Assembly: GCA_965226885.1 (NCBI GenBank)
Contig: CBDDEL010000016.1
Location: 384,001-448,000, forward strand
Reading direction: 5' to 3'
Length of the DNA stretch: 64,000 bases
DNA from: Opitutales bacterium
Lineage (GTDB): Bacteria > Verrucomicrobiota > Verrucomicrobiia > Opitutales > UBA2987
Shown: in pieces, positions 10,968 through 20,258 of the stretch
Layout: every line of letters begins with the position of its first letter
Numbering within the stretch: the stretch's first letter is position 1
Translations under genes and position numbers: made by a program
The notes under the pieces: generated by a model
The model's input: the letters and a program-made list of their open reading frames with translations, nothing else
The model's database searches: none
What the model was told of the DNA's origin: nothing

Positions 10968-11674
10968 TATTCGGATTCCTTTTTATTTATTAAATCGGGT
11001 CGTCGGGCGCGTGTTTTTTTGAGGCTGCGCTCTTTCCTCCACTGTTCAATGGCCGCATGGTTACCGGTCAACAAGATTTCCGGAACACTCATTCCGCGAA
11101 ACTCCGCTGGCCGGGTATATTGCGGAAAGGAGAGCAAGTTGCCGGTGAAGCTGTCCTGGGTCAAGGATTTTTCCTCTCCCAACACACCGGGCACATGGCG
11201 GCACACCGCATCGATCAGAACGGCCCCCCCCAAGGTTCCATTGGTGAGAACAAAATCCCCGATACTCACCTCCCTGTCCACCAAAGCATTCCGCACCCGC
11301 TGATCGATTCCTTCGTAATGGCCGCTGATAATTATCAGGTGCGCATTGTTGGCGGCCAATTCTCGCGATAATGGAAGATTGAGCGGCTCCCCATCCGGAG
11401 TCATGAATATGACCGTGCAATGGGGGGAGCGCAGTTCTTCGATAGCGGCAAAAAGGGGTTCCGGTTTTAGGACCATTCCGGCCCCTCCGCCAAAGGGCCG
11501 GTCATCGGTCGTAAAGTGTTTGTCGCTGGCCCAATCCCGCAGATTATGAACTTTAATCTCCAGAATCCCCCGCTGCCAAGCCCGCCCGATCATACTCTCC
11601 TCCAAAAATCCCGAGACCATGGCCGGAAAAAGTGTTACCAAATCGATTTTCAACGCTGGGGACATGGCAGCCAT
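10967..11674 (-). CDS. trmD: tRNA (guanine-N1)-methyltransferase
   Basis: [39 protein letters not shown]. Confidence 0.96.
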   Translation of the reverse strand: MAAMSPALKIDLVTLFPAMVSGFLEESMIGRAWQRGILEIKVHNLRDWASDKHFTTDDRPFGGGAGMVLKPEPLFAAIEELRSPHCTVIFMTPDGEPLNLPLSRELAANNAHLIIISGHYEGIDQRVRNALVDREVSIGDFVLTNGTLGGAVLIDAVCRHVPGVLGEEKSLTQDSFTGNLLSFPQYTRPAEFRGMSVPEILLTGNHAAIEQWRKERSLKKTRARRPDLINKKESE

Positions 11675-11741
11675 CGGGTATATGCGCCTACATCAATTCG
11701 ACCCAAACCAAAGCCGGGCCTACTGGATTGCATTAGATAAA

Positions 11742-12413
11742 CTAAGCCGGGTCTTCCGGCTTTTTTTCAGTCACGTCTTCGCTTGAAGACTCCGCAACCG
11801 CTTCACTCTCAACTTCTTCAGCTTGAGCTTCAGCTTCAGTCCCGGAATCGTCTTCCGAAACTTCAGCCGGTTCCGAGGATTCCTCGGCAGCCGTATCCGC
11901 AACTTCCACTTCCTTCTCCTCTACCGCCGGTTCCTCCACGGCAGCTTCCGCCTCAATCTCGACTTCAGCTTCTACCTCGACAGATTCTTCACCAACGGGT
12001 TCAGGAGATGCCGCTTCTTCCGTTTCGGCCACGGCCACAGCCACAGCTTCAACTTCCTCAGTCACCTCCGCAACAGTCGCCTCGACCTCGGCGGCGGGGG
12101 CGGTAATTTCTGCTTCCGGCTCTACTGGGGCCGCCTCGACTTCTTCCACTTCCGGTTCGGCCATTCTTGCAATACGAGCCTGCTTGATGAGCGATCTTGC
12201 CGTGTCCGTGGGTTGCGCCCCCACACTGAGCCAATAATCGATGCGATCCGCCTTCAACGAAAGCCGATCAGCTTCTTTGGAAGCCTGAGGGGTGTAAGTC
12301 CCTAAAATTTCCACAAAACGACCATCCCGCGGTGAACGGGATTCAGCCGCTACCATGCGGTAAACGGGAGCATGTTTAGCCCCGCGACGTTGCAATCTTA
12401 TCTTAACTGCCAT
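11742..12413 (-). CDS. rpsP: 30S ribosomal protein S16 with long acidic C-terminal extension
   Basis: [42 protein letters not shown], then ~140 aa rich in E/A/V. Confidence 0.95.
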   Translation of the reverse strand: MAVKIRLQRRGAKHAPVYRMVAAESRSPRDGRFVEILGTYTPQASKEADRLSLKADRIDYWLSVGAQPTDTARSLIKQARIARMAEPEVEEVEAAPVEPEAEITAPAAEVEATVAEVTEEVEAVAVAVAETEEAASPEPVGEESVEVEAEVEIEAEAAVEEPAVEEKEVEVADTAAEESSEPAEVSEDDSGTEAEAQAEEVESEAVAESSSEDVTEKKPEDPA

Positions 12414-12598
12414 GCAATTGAATTGTTTACTTGTTTGATGCCAAAAATATGAAAAGGCGAAAGGAAAGCGCCTAGGTCATTTCTTGTCAAGCCGCATTAG
12501 AAAATTATGCCCTCCTGTATATTGCATCTTGCCATTGACCGCAAGAATTGCATACGAGCTAAATTTTACAGCAAGCAAATGACAAAAAGGAATCTATT

Positions 12599-13702
12599 AT
12601 GTTAAGGGCAGGCATCGTCGGTTTACCCAATGTGGGTAAATCCACCCTCTTCAACGCTTTAACCCGTTCCCGCAAAGCCGATGCGGAAAACTACCCATTT
12701 TGCACCATCGAACCAAATGTCGGCGTGGTCCAGGTGCCCGATGAACGGCTAGAGCCTCTGGCCAAAATAGGCACATCGGCGGCCATCATCCCGGCCGCCT
12801 TCGAATTCGTCGATATTGCCGGTTTGGTGGCCGGAGCCAGCGAGGGGGAAGGCCTCGGAAATCGCTTCCTCTCCCATATTCGGGAGGTGGACGCTATCAT
12901 CCAGGTTGTCAGATGTTTCCAGGACAAGGATGTGGTCCACCTCATGGGGGCCGTGGACCCGGTCCGGGACATTGAGACCATCACCACCGAACTCATTCTG
13001 GCGGACTTGCAATCAACCGAAAACCAGTTGAAAAAAAATACCAAAAAAGCCCGCGGTGGAGACAAGGAGGCCGCGGACAATATTGCCCTGCTGGAACGGC
13101 TCATGCCCCACCTCAATGAAATGAATCCGGCCATTACCCTGCCCCTTTCCGATGAAGAACAGCCGGTTTTAAATAGGCTTTGCCTGCTTTCCGCCAAACC
13201 AATCCTCTATGCCTGCAATATTTCCGAAAGCGATTTGGCCAACCCCCGATCCAACCCATTCGTGGCGCAGGTGGAGCAATACGTGAAAGACCGGCATGAC
13301 GCTGAAACTTGCGTCATTTGCAGCAAACTGGAGCAAGACCTGGCTGAATTGAGCAAAGATGAGGCCGCCGAATACATAGCAGAACTGGGAGCCGAGGGTT
13401 CAGGCGTGGACGATCTCATAAAAACCGCTTTCGGACTTCTCGGATTGGCCACTTTTCTCACCGTGGGGGAAGAAGAAGCCCGCGCCTGGACTTTCCAGTT
13501 GGGCATGAAAGCCCCCCAATGCGCCGGCGTCATACACACCGATTTCGAGAAAGGTTTCATTAAGGCAGAAGTGGTTTCCTTTGAAGACCTGGTAAAAGCC
13601 GGGAGCATCGCAGAGGCCCGTCAAGCTGGGAAATACCGGCTGGAAGGCAAAGACTACCCGTTCAAAGACGGCGACGTAGTCCTATTCCGCTTTAATGTTT
13701 AA
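12599..13702 (+). CDS. ychF: redox-regulated ATPase YchF
   Basis: GIVGLPNVGKSTLFN, NYPFCTIEPN, DIAGLV.GAS.GEGLGN.FL, IHTDFEKGFI.AEV, EGK.Y...DGD. Confidence 0.96.
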   Translation: MLRAGIVGLPNVGKSTLFNALTRSRKADAENYPFCTIEPNVGVVQVPDERLEPLAKIGTSAAIIPAAFEFVDIAGLVAGASEGEGLGNRFLSHIREVDAIIQVVRCFQDKDVVHLMGAVDPVRDIETITTELILADLQSTENQLKKNTKKARGGDKEAADNIALLERLMPHLNEMNPAITLPLSDEEQPVLNRLCLLSAKPILYACNISESDLANPRSNPFVAQVEQYVKDRHDAETCVICSKLEQDLAELSKDEAAEYIAELGAEGSGVDDLIKTAFGLLGLATFLTVGEEEARAWTFQLGMKAPQCAGVIHTDFEKGFIKAEVVSFEDLVKAGSIAEARQAGKYRLEGKDYPFKDGDVVLFRFNV

Positions 13703-13750
13703 AAAGCGGAACCGGGTCGGAAAAAAGCCGCCAGTCCCAGGCCAGAAAAA

Positions 13751-14581
13751 TCAGGGATACCAATCCAGCAGGTGGACTTTTATGTCAGGATCTTCCCCCA
13801 CCAACTCGCTGAATTTTTTTACATCGCTATGGGTCCCGTCCCGGCTGCGATAATGAAATGGAATAACATTCCGGGGTTTGAATTCCAGAACCGCGCTGGC
13901 GGCCTGCTCCACCTCCATGGTATAGGGAGAGTTCATGCAGACAAAGGCGACATCGATATTTACCAATTGCCGCATTTCCGGAATATCCTCCGTATCCCCC
14001 GAAATATAAACCCGCAAGCCATCAAAATCTATAACGTACCCATTTCCCCGGCCCTTGGTGTGAAACCGGGCCCGATCGGAAGATATATTGTACATGGGTA
14101 TTGCCTTGATATTAATCCCCCCTAAATAAGCCGTACTGCCGTTGATGAGTATTTCCATCTTTTTCTTCAACCCCCTCAATTCCTTCGGCTTCTTTGACTG
14201 CTTTGGCTTAACTGACCTGCTTGCCCTCTCTCTAACGACAACCTTAGGCCCGAAAATGCGGGTTTTACCGGATACAACACCCTCCATTGTATCCCAGTCC
14301 AAATGATCCCCATGAAAATCCGTAATCAATATAATATCGGGCCGGGGGTATTTGCTGAACTTGCCGGAACCGCCCACCGGATCCACATAAACAGTGGTGC
14401 CATCATGTTGCAGAACCACCGTGCTATGTTCTATGGGGTAAACGGTGAGGCTGCCCGCTTCCGACGAGATAATTTGCCCCACCGGATTGGCAGGCGATTT
14501 TGTATCGGCCGCCCGGCCCATGAACGGCAAGCCAAAAGCCAGCATAAAGGCAACCATTGAGAAAATAACATTAACGCGCAT
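13751..14581 (-). CDS. MBL-fold metallo-hydrolase, exported
   Basis: YVDP, ITDFHGDHLD, GNGYV, YISGDTED, PFHY. Signal peptide follows the ATG at 14581. Confidence 0.82.
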   Translation of the reverse strand: MRVNVIFSMVAFMLAFGLPFMGRAADTKSPANPVGQIISSEAGSLTVYPIEHSTVVLQHDGTTVYVDPVGGSGKFSKYPRPDIILITDFHGDHLDWDTMEGVVSGKTRIFGPKVVVRERASRSVKPKQSKKPKELRGLKKKMEILINGSTAYLGGINIKAIPMYNISSDRARFHTKGRGNGYVIDFDGLRVYISGDTEDIPEMRQLVNIDVAFVCMNSPYTMEVEQAASAVLEFKPRNVIPFHYRSRDGTHSDVKKFSELVGEDPDIKVHLLDWYP

Positions 14582-14814
14582 AATTCTCTTTACCTCGAAA
14601 TGCCATAAAACCAAATACAAAGTTGAACAGCGGGAAAAAAACTGGAGAAACCCGAGGATATCCGACAAAGATAATCGCTAGCACAAACTCCAATAATTTA
14701 AAAGATCAAAATAAAAGGGGACTGACCTGGGAACAATGAATCGCCTCTCATGGCGCCCCGGCATTCAGCACCCTGAATCCTGACCCTTTTTCTCAGAAAC
14801 TTTGAATCAGCGCG

Positions 14815-15654
14815 TTAGCTATACCGGCTGATAATATCCTGTAGGTTCTCTTGGGTTCTCTCGCAGATATTGGCAAAATCGTCCTCGGTAAAGCCCAGGT
14901 ATTCAAGCGCCAATTGTTTTTCGTCCAAATCGGCCGCCCCCATGGCAGTTCCCGCGCCGATTGTCTTGGCGACGATATTTGCCATTTGCACAACATAAGG
15001 CAAAGGTTCGTCCAATTCTTCCGGCGTGTGATGGTAAATGATGCCTTTGACAATGGCTTCGGGTAGTTTCCATTGCTGGGCCACCAATCCGCCGACCTCT
15101 CCATGATGGACCAGCAAAAGATCCGATTCGGCCTGCCGTTCGCTGGCCCCGCCCATCTGACGAGCCTCAGCCAGCAGCCGCAGGGCGTCTGAATCCAAAA
15201 ACCGCATGAGGACCAGTTTGCCCACATCATGGAGCAATGCGGTGGTAAAACTTTCGTGAGGAATTTCTACCGAGGTGAGACCTCGAAAAATTTCAACGGC
15301 CAGAGCCGAAGCAATGGAATGTTTCCACAATTCGCCTTCGGTCAGTCCATATTCGGGGATGGACTGGTCGAAGTCCTTTCGTACGCTAGAGGCAATGGCC
15401 ACTTCCAGAATGATTCCGGTGCCCATGCGCATAACCGCTTCGTCGACGGATGTTACCGGCGCCAGACTGGCGCTGGCGGCGGAATTTGCCCATCGCAAGA
15501 CCTTGGCCGTTAGCGATTGGTCAAAAGAAATTACCTCGGCAATCTCGTTCAGGTCGCAATCATCTTTGACTACCAAAGACGCCAGGCGAGTCACGCTTAC
15601 CGGCAGAGGCGTCAAGTCGCTTGAACTGCTTATCACATCGTCTAGATTGATCAT
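14815..15654 (-). CDS. HDOD domain protein
   Basis: LP....RL, DQSLTAKVLRWANSA, LWKHS, ALLHDVGKLVL, H.EVG..VA..WKLPE.I...I.YHH.P. Confidence 0.92.
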   Translation of the reverse strand: MINLDDVISSSSDLTPLPVSVTRLASLVVKDDCDLNEIAEVISFDQSLTAKVLRWANSAASASLAPVTSVDEAVMRMGTGIILEVAIASSVRKDFDQSIPEYGLTEGELWKHSIASALAVEIFRGLTSVEIPHESFTTALLHDVGKLVLMRFLDSDALRLLAEARQMGGASERQAESDLLLVHHGEVGGLVAQQWKLPEAIVKGIIYHHTPEELDEPLPYVVQMANIVAKTIGAGTAMGAADLDEKQLALEYLGFTEDDFANICERTQENLQDIISRYS

Positions 15655-15743
15655 GGGTAATAAGTGATTTGATATTTAATTAAAAAATAATTTTATGCCA
15701 ACGGCTTGAGATTTAATGTTGCCCAACGGTTTTCCACTACTCA

Positions 15744-16563
15744 TTACCCACGCACTCTATAACAGGTTGTGCGGTGCAGCCTTAATATCTCGAATGAATC
15801 ATCCAGGTTGATGGTCGTTTCGGCCGCCCCCAAAAATAAATAACCGCCCGGTTTGAGCAAGGTTTTGACCTTGCGCAGGATCTCCCTTTTGACCTCCGGG
15901 GCGAAGTAAATCATAACGTTTCTTAAAAAAATGACATCCATCATGGGCATAATAGGCCAGGTTCATTCTACGATACTCGATCATATCCCTGATTTCCTTC
16001 TTGATGCGCGCGTTGTGGCCATCCTGTGCAAAGTATTTCACCATCAGCTGGGCCGGCAGACCCCGATTCAGTTCCAGTTTGGAGTAGAGTCCCGCTTTAG
16101 CCCGCTCGATCATTTCACTGGAAAGATCGCACCCTAGAATTCTGATATTCCAATCGGAATGGAGCAGAAAGTATTCCCTCAGGAGCATGGCAATGGTATA
16201 GGGTTCTTGTCCACTGGAGCAGGCCGCGCACCAAATCTGTAAATCTTTATGCGCGTTGTTCCTGACAAAAATCTCGGGCAGAACTTTATGCCGCAGTACC
16301 TCAAAAGGGTGGATGTCCCGAAACCAGGAGGTCTCATTCGTGGTCATGGCGTCGATAACGCTTTCCTGCAATAGCGCGTCGTGGCCAAATCGCAATTTAT
16401 TGATCAATTCTTCTAGCGAACCCAAGCCGTTTTTTCGGATCACTTGCAAGAGCCGCGATTCGACCAAATACTCCTTGCCATCGTCCAGGACAATGGCGGA
16501 TCGATCATTGACGAAGTCACGAATGAATTCGAAGTCGACGCGGCTTATGGAAAAAGTGACCAT
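15744..16563 (-). pseudogene. cheR: chemotaxis methyltransferase CheR, frameshifted
   Basis: MTTNETSWFRD, IWCAACSSGQEPY. Frame breaks after RMNL (~15957), and DVIFLRNVMIYF...LKPGGYLFLG continues in another frame. Confidence 0.9.
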
Positions 16564-16591
16564 TTTTTTTCGGCTTTTTGTTACGGAATGT

Positions 16592-17706
16592 TTAATGGGC
16601 CATCCTCACTTCACGAATGTTGCGAGAGTTTTTTTTTCGCACTTCCCTGAGGATGGTCGGAGCAATTTGTTCGATCGGCAGGATTTTTTCCGCCAGGCCA
16701 GCTTCGGCCACATATCCGGGCATACCCCAGACCACGCTGGACTCCTCATCCTGGACAAAAACCCGGCCTCCCTCCTCAATGATATCCCCGGCCCCTCGCA
16801 ACCCATCCTTGCCCATGCCGGTGAGCACAATTGACAAGCTGTTGGCCCCATAGGTCCTGGCCACGGAACGAAAAAGCGTGTCCACCGCCGGGCGGCAGGA
16901 ATTTTCCGGGGAATCCTGGTTCAGCTCGAGCGTTTTACTGACAACACTTCCGCCAATCGTCATATGAAAATTTCCCGGCGCAATCCAGGCTTGTCCCGGT
17001 TTCAGGACAGCCCGGTGTAGCCTTCGTAAACCTCGATGCGGGACTGCTTGGACAAGCTTTTAGCCAGCAACCCGGTAAAAGTAGGGGGCATGTGCTGCAC
17101 GATAACGATAGGCACGGGGAAATACGATGGAAAGAATGGAATGATTTTAGCCAAGGCATTGGGTCCTCCCGTGGACACCCCGATGGCCAAAATATCGATA
17201 TTGGCCTGAACGGAAACGCCTTTTCGAGGAATTATTCTTTTTTGCGCAGCCACTGGCATGGCGGAAGGCCAAGGCATCCGGGTCGATATGTTTTTAACGG
17301 TTGGGCAAAGGGCCTTCACCTTGGGGTTGAGCTCATTCTTGATTTGAGCGAAAGCTTCATTGATATTGCGAATTTGTGAAGGCTTGGTTACGTAATCCCT
17401 GGCCCCCAAGCGCAGAGCTTCCAGTGTGGATGAGGCCGCCCGCTCTGTAATCGCACTGAACATGATGACCGGCAAACTCGGATATTTTTGCCGGATTATG
17501 GCCAAGGTTTGCAAACCATCCATCTCTGGCATTTCCACGTCCAGAGTGATAAGGTCGGGATTGAGTTGGGGGATTTTAGCAATCGCCATCTTGCCATTGG
17601 GCGCGGTGCCGGCCACTTCCAGAGCCTCATCAGTGGACAGAGCTTTTGAGATTATTTTTCGAAAAACGGCCGAATCATCGACAACTAAAATTCGTGCTTT
17701 ATCCAT
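16592..17706 (-). pseudogene. cheB: chemotaxis methylesterase CheB, frameshifted
   Basis: REC domain plus GVSTGGPNAL, IVQHMPP. One base missing in ACCGGGCTGTC (~17012). RPAVD.LF, LTGMGKDG, SVVWGMP lie in the downstream frame. Confidence 0.92.
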
Positions 17707-17718
17707 TCTCCAAAACCT

Positions 17719-18084
17719 TTAAATAACTCCCATCAGGGTCAGCTTGCTTAATAAATCTTCTTTCGTAAAAGGCTTCATGAGGTACTCGTTGGCCCCCGCG
17801 TCGAGGGCTTTGACAACTTTGTCGAGTTCGTTTTCCGTCGTCACCATCATAATGCACAATCCCTCATTTTCGGATTTGGCGCGAGCGTTGCAAACGAACT
17901 CATAGCCATCCATAACGGGCATGTTCCAATCGACCAAAGCCAAGTCCAAATCGCCGTTTTCCTCCAGTCTGTTGAGGGCCTGTTGTCCATCGGCCGCTTC
18001 CACCGTGTCGAAGCCCAATTCTCTGAGGATTTTGCTGAGGAATTTCCGTAAGGTTCTGGAGTCGTCAACTATCAATGCATTCAT
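17719..18084 (-). CDS. cheY: CheY-like single-domain response regulator
   Basis: LIVDDS, LVDWNMPVMDG, MVTTE, GANEYLMKPF. Lies in the che cluster. Confidence 0.88.
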   Translation of the reverse strand: MNALIVDDSRTLRKFLSKILRELGFDTVEAADGQQALNRLEENGDLDLALVDWNMPVMDGYEFVCNARAKSENEGLCIMMVTTENELDKVVKALDAGANEYLMKPFTKEDLLSKLTLMGVI

Positions 18085-18691
18085 AATTTAATCGGGATTA
18101 CTGTTATCGTTTAAAAATACAGGGTAAACGGAGGCTGTGGCCGCCCATCATTCCGAGGCCCCAACCGGCATTCATCCTTCCGAATCTTTATCGGCAGCTT
18201 TTTACGACAAAACAGTCCCATTTAACTGTTTTTTCTTTGCGATATTTTTTATAATTCCCCGCAATAGAGTTATTATCGGCTCTCACTAAACTGCTGCATA
18301 AATTCCCCGGTTACAGTTGCGCTTCGGCTCATCTTTGGCCGACTAACGCCTGCGCTCGGCATAAATAGATTTTGGCGCAAATTGCGGGCGTGTCCGTGCA
18401 ATAATTTACCAAGGGAACGTTGCAGCACACCTTGTGCTTCATGGTGGCCCCGGCCAGCCGCAAGGGCTAAGCCTGAATTTTATCCCCGTAAGTTATATGT
18501 TTTGATAAATGTATCGTGTCCGCTTTTGTGTTATTTAAAGTTCAAAGCCGAAAATTCGAATATCTTGTCTATGTCCAGCGTCATAAGGAGTTTGTCCTTC
18601 AGTTTGGTAGTGTATTAAGTAGGAATGGTGGCTAATTCTTGATTATATTGATGAATGAAAAGTCTCAGACAGGTTTCATGCATACTCTTAA

Positions 18692-20258
18692 CCCGGATAT
18701 TTCGTAAAAAAAGTATCGTTGATATGCTTAACTGCTGATATACAGCAGGATAGATCAATAATTAAAGCAATATCAGCGATGACAAAAGGTAAACAATCAA
18801 AGCTACAGTTGACAAGGGTAAAAGGCCGCCGTGTGCGGGTTGATTTCAAGGGCGGAGAGGTTACTTCGGATGCCGGACTGCTTTTGATCCGGGAAGTGGA
18901 TCGGCAGTTGGGCTTGACCGAACGAGCGGCCCGACAGTTAGTGGACAAACGGCAGAAGGGCAAAGTACGCCATGAGGTATTGGGGATGCTGCGGCAGCGC
19001 GTTTACGGGCTGGTGGCGGGCTATGAGGATTTGAACGACTTTGATACCCTGCGCCACGATCCATTGTTGCAAACGGTAACGGGGCGCATTGAAACGTTGG
19101 CCAGCGCGCCGACTGTGTGTCGTTTTGAAAACGGGCAGGATCGGCGGGCGGCCTTTGCGGTAAACGAGCTGTTGGTCGAACAGTTCATGGGCTCCTTTGC
19201 CGAGGAACCCGAAGAGATCATCCTGGACTTTGACGCCACCGACAATCCGGTGCACGGGCTCCAGGAGGGACGTTTTTTCCACGGTTATTATGATCATTAC
19301 TGTTTTCTGCCGCTATATGTTTTTTGCGGTGATCAGCTGCTGGTGGCCTACCTGCGGCCGAGCAAGATCGATGCCAGCAAGCATGCCGGGGCCATCCTCA
19401 AATTGCTGGTTAAACGGATTCGCCAAAGCTGGCCCCGTACGCGGATTATTTGGCGCGCCGACAGTGGATTTTGTCGAGACCGGATACTCTCTTGGTGCGA
19501 CCGCAACGAAGTTAGTTACATCGTGGGGATGGCTCGCAATGCACGCTTGCAGCAAGACGCCCAGCAGTTGCAAAAGCAGGCCAAAGAATGGTTCGAACTA
19601 AGGGGTAAAAAACAACGGTTATTCCAGGACTTCGTCTATGCTGCCGATTCGTGGCGATGGCTGCGGTTGGTCATCCATAAAGCCGAACACACCGCACAGG
19701 GGTCCAACCCGCGCTTCGTGGTGACGAACCTGCCGGGCGATCCCCAGGAGCTTTACGACAAGGTATACTGTGGCCGCGGTGAAATGGAGAACCGAATCAA
19801 GGAACAGATGCAATTGTTCAGCGAGCGCACCAGCGCCCATCAATGGTGGGCCAATCAGTGGCGATTGCTCTTGTCGGCGCTGGCCTACACCTTGATGGAA
19901 GCCATGCGCCGGTTAGCCTTAAAAGGGACGAAGTGGGCGCGGGCCCAATGCCACACCCTGCGGCTCAAATTAATCAAGATCGGAGCGGTCATCGTGCGCA
20001 ACACCCGAACGATTCACTTTCACCTAAGTGAGAGTTATCCTTGGGCCAGTCTTTTCAACCATGCGGCCCGCCGATTGGTGCCAACCTAAAGGGTGCATTG
20101 GTGCTGCCCCCGGCACTACCGAACCAATGGGGGAAAGGGGGCAGTGTCTCTACACCCTGAAAAACACCTAAAAATCAAGACGATCTGCTCAAAATACAAA
20201 GAAATCCATCTCCAATAGCAATAACGAGCCAAACTTTACCCTTCATGAAATATCCGGG
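18692..20258 (+). mobile_element. IS1380-family element, copy A2 (1567 bp, intact)
   Basis: CCCGGATATTTC inverted ends, 4-bp TSD TTAA. Confidence 0.96.
18779..20089 (+). CDS. IS1380-family transposase
   Basis: F.GGEVTSDAGLLL, GYEDLND...LRHDP, LDFDATD, RADSGF, Y..RGEMENRIKE. ATG at 18779 taken as start. Confidence 0.93.
   Translation: MTKGKQSKLQLTRVKGRRVRVDFKGGEVTSDAGLLLIREVDRQLGLTERAARQLVDKRQKGKVRHEVLGMLRQRVYGLVAGYEDLNDFDTLRHDPLLQTVTGRIETLASAPTVCRFENGQDRRAAFAVNELLVEQFMGSFAEEPEEIILDFDATDNPVHGLQEGRFFHGYYDHYCFLPLYVFCGDQLLVAYLRPSKIDASKHAGAILKLLVKRIRQSWPRTRIIWRADSGFCRDRILSWCDRNEVSYIVGMARNARLQQDAQQLQKQAKEWFELRGKKQRLFQDFVYAADSWRWLRLVIHKAEHTAQGSNPRFVVTNLPGDPQELYDKVYCGRGEMENRIKEQMQLFSERTSAHQWWANQWRLLLSALAYTLMEAMRRLALKGTKWARAQCHTLRLKLIKIGAVIVRNTRTIHFHLSESYPWASLFNHAARRLVPT

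Noticed and set aside
18180..18300. Two GCCGATAA motifs upstream of cheY as sigma-28 promoters
   Set aside because: No TAAA at 15-bp spacing, so not called as features.
20091..20135. HDV-like ribozyme (CGAA before a P2-like strand) in the IS1380 tail
   Set aside because: No room for the P1 3' strand, P1.1 or P4. Topology does not fit.
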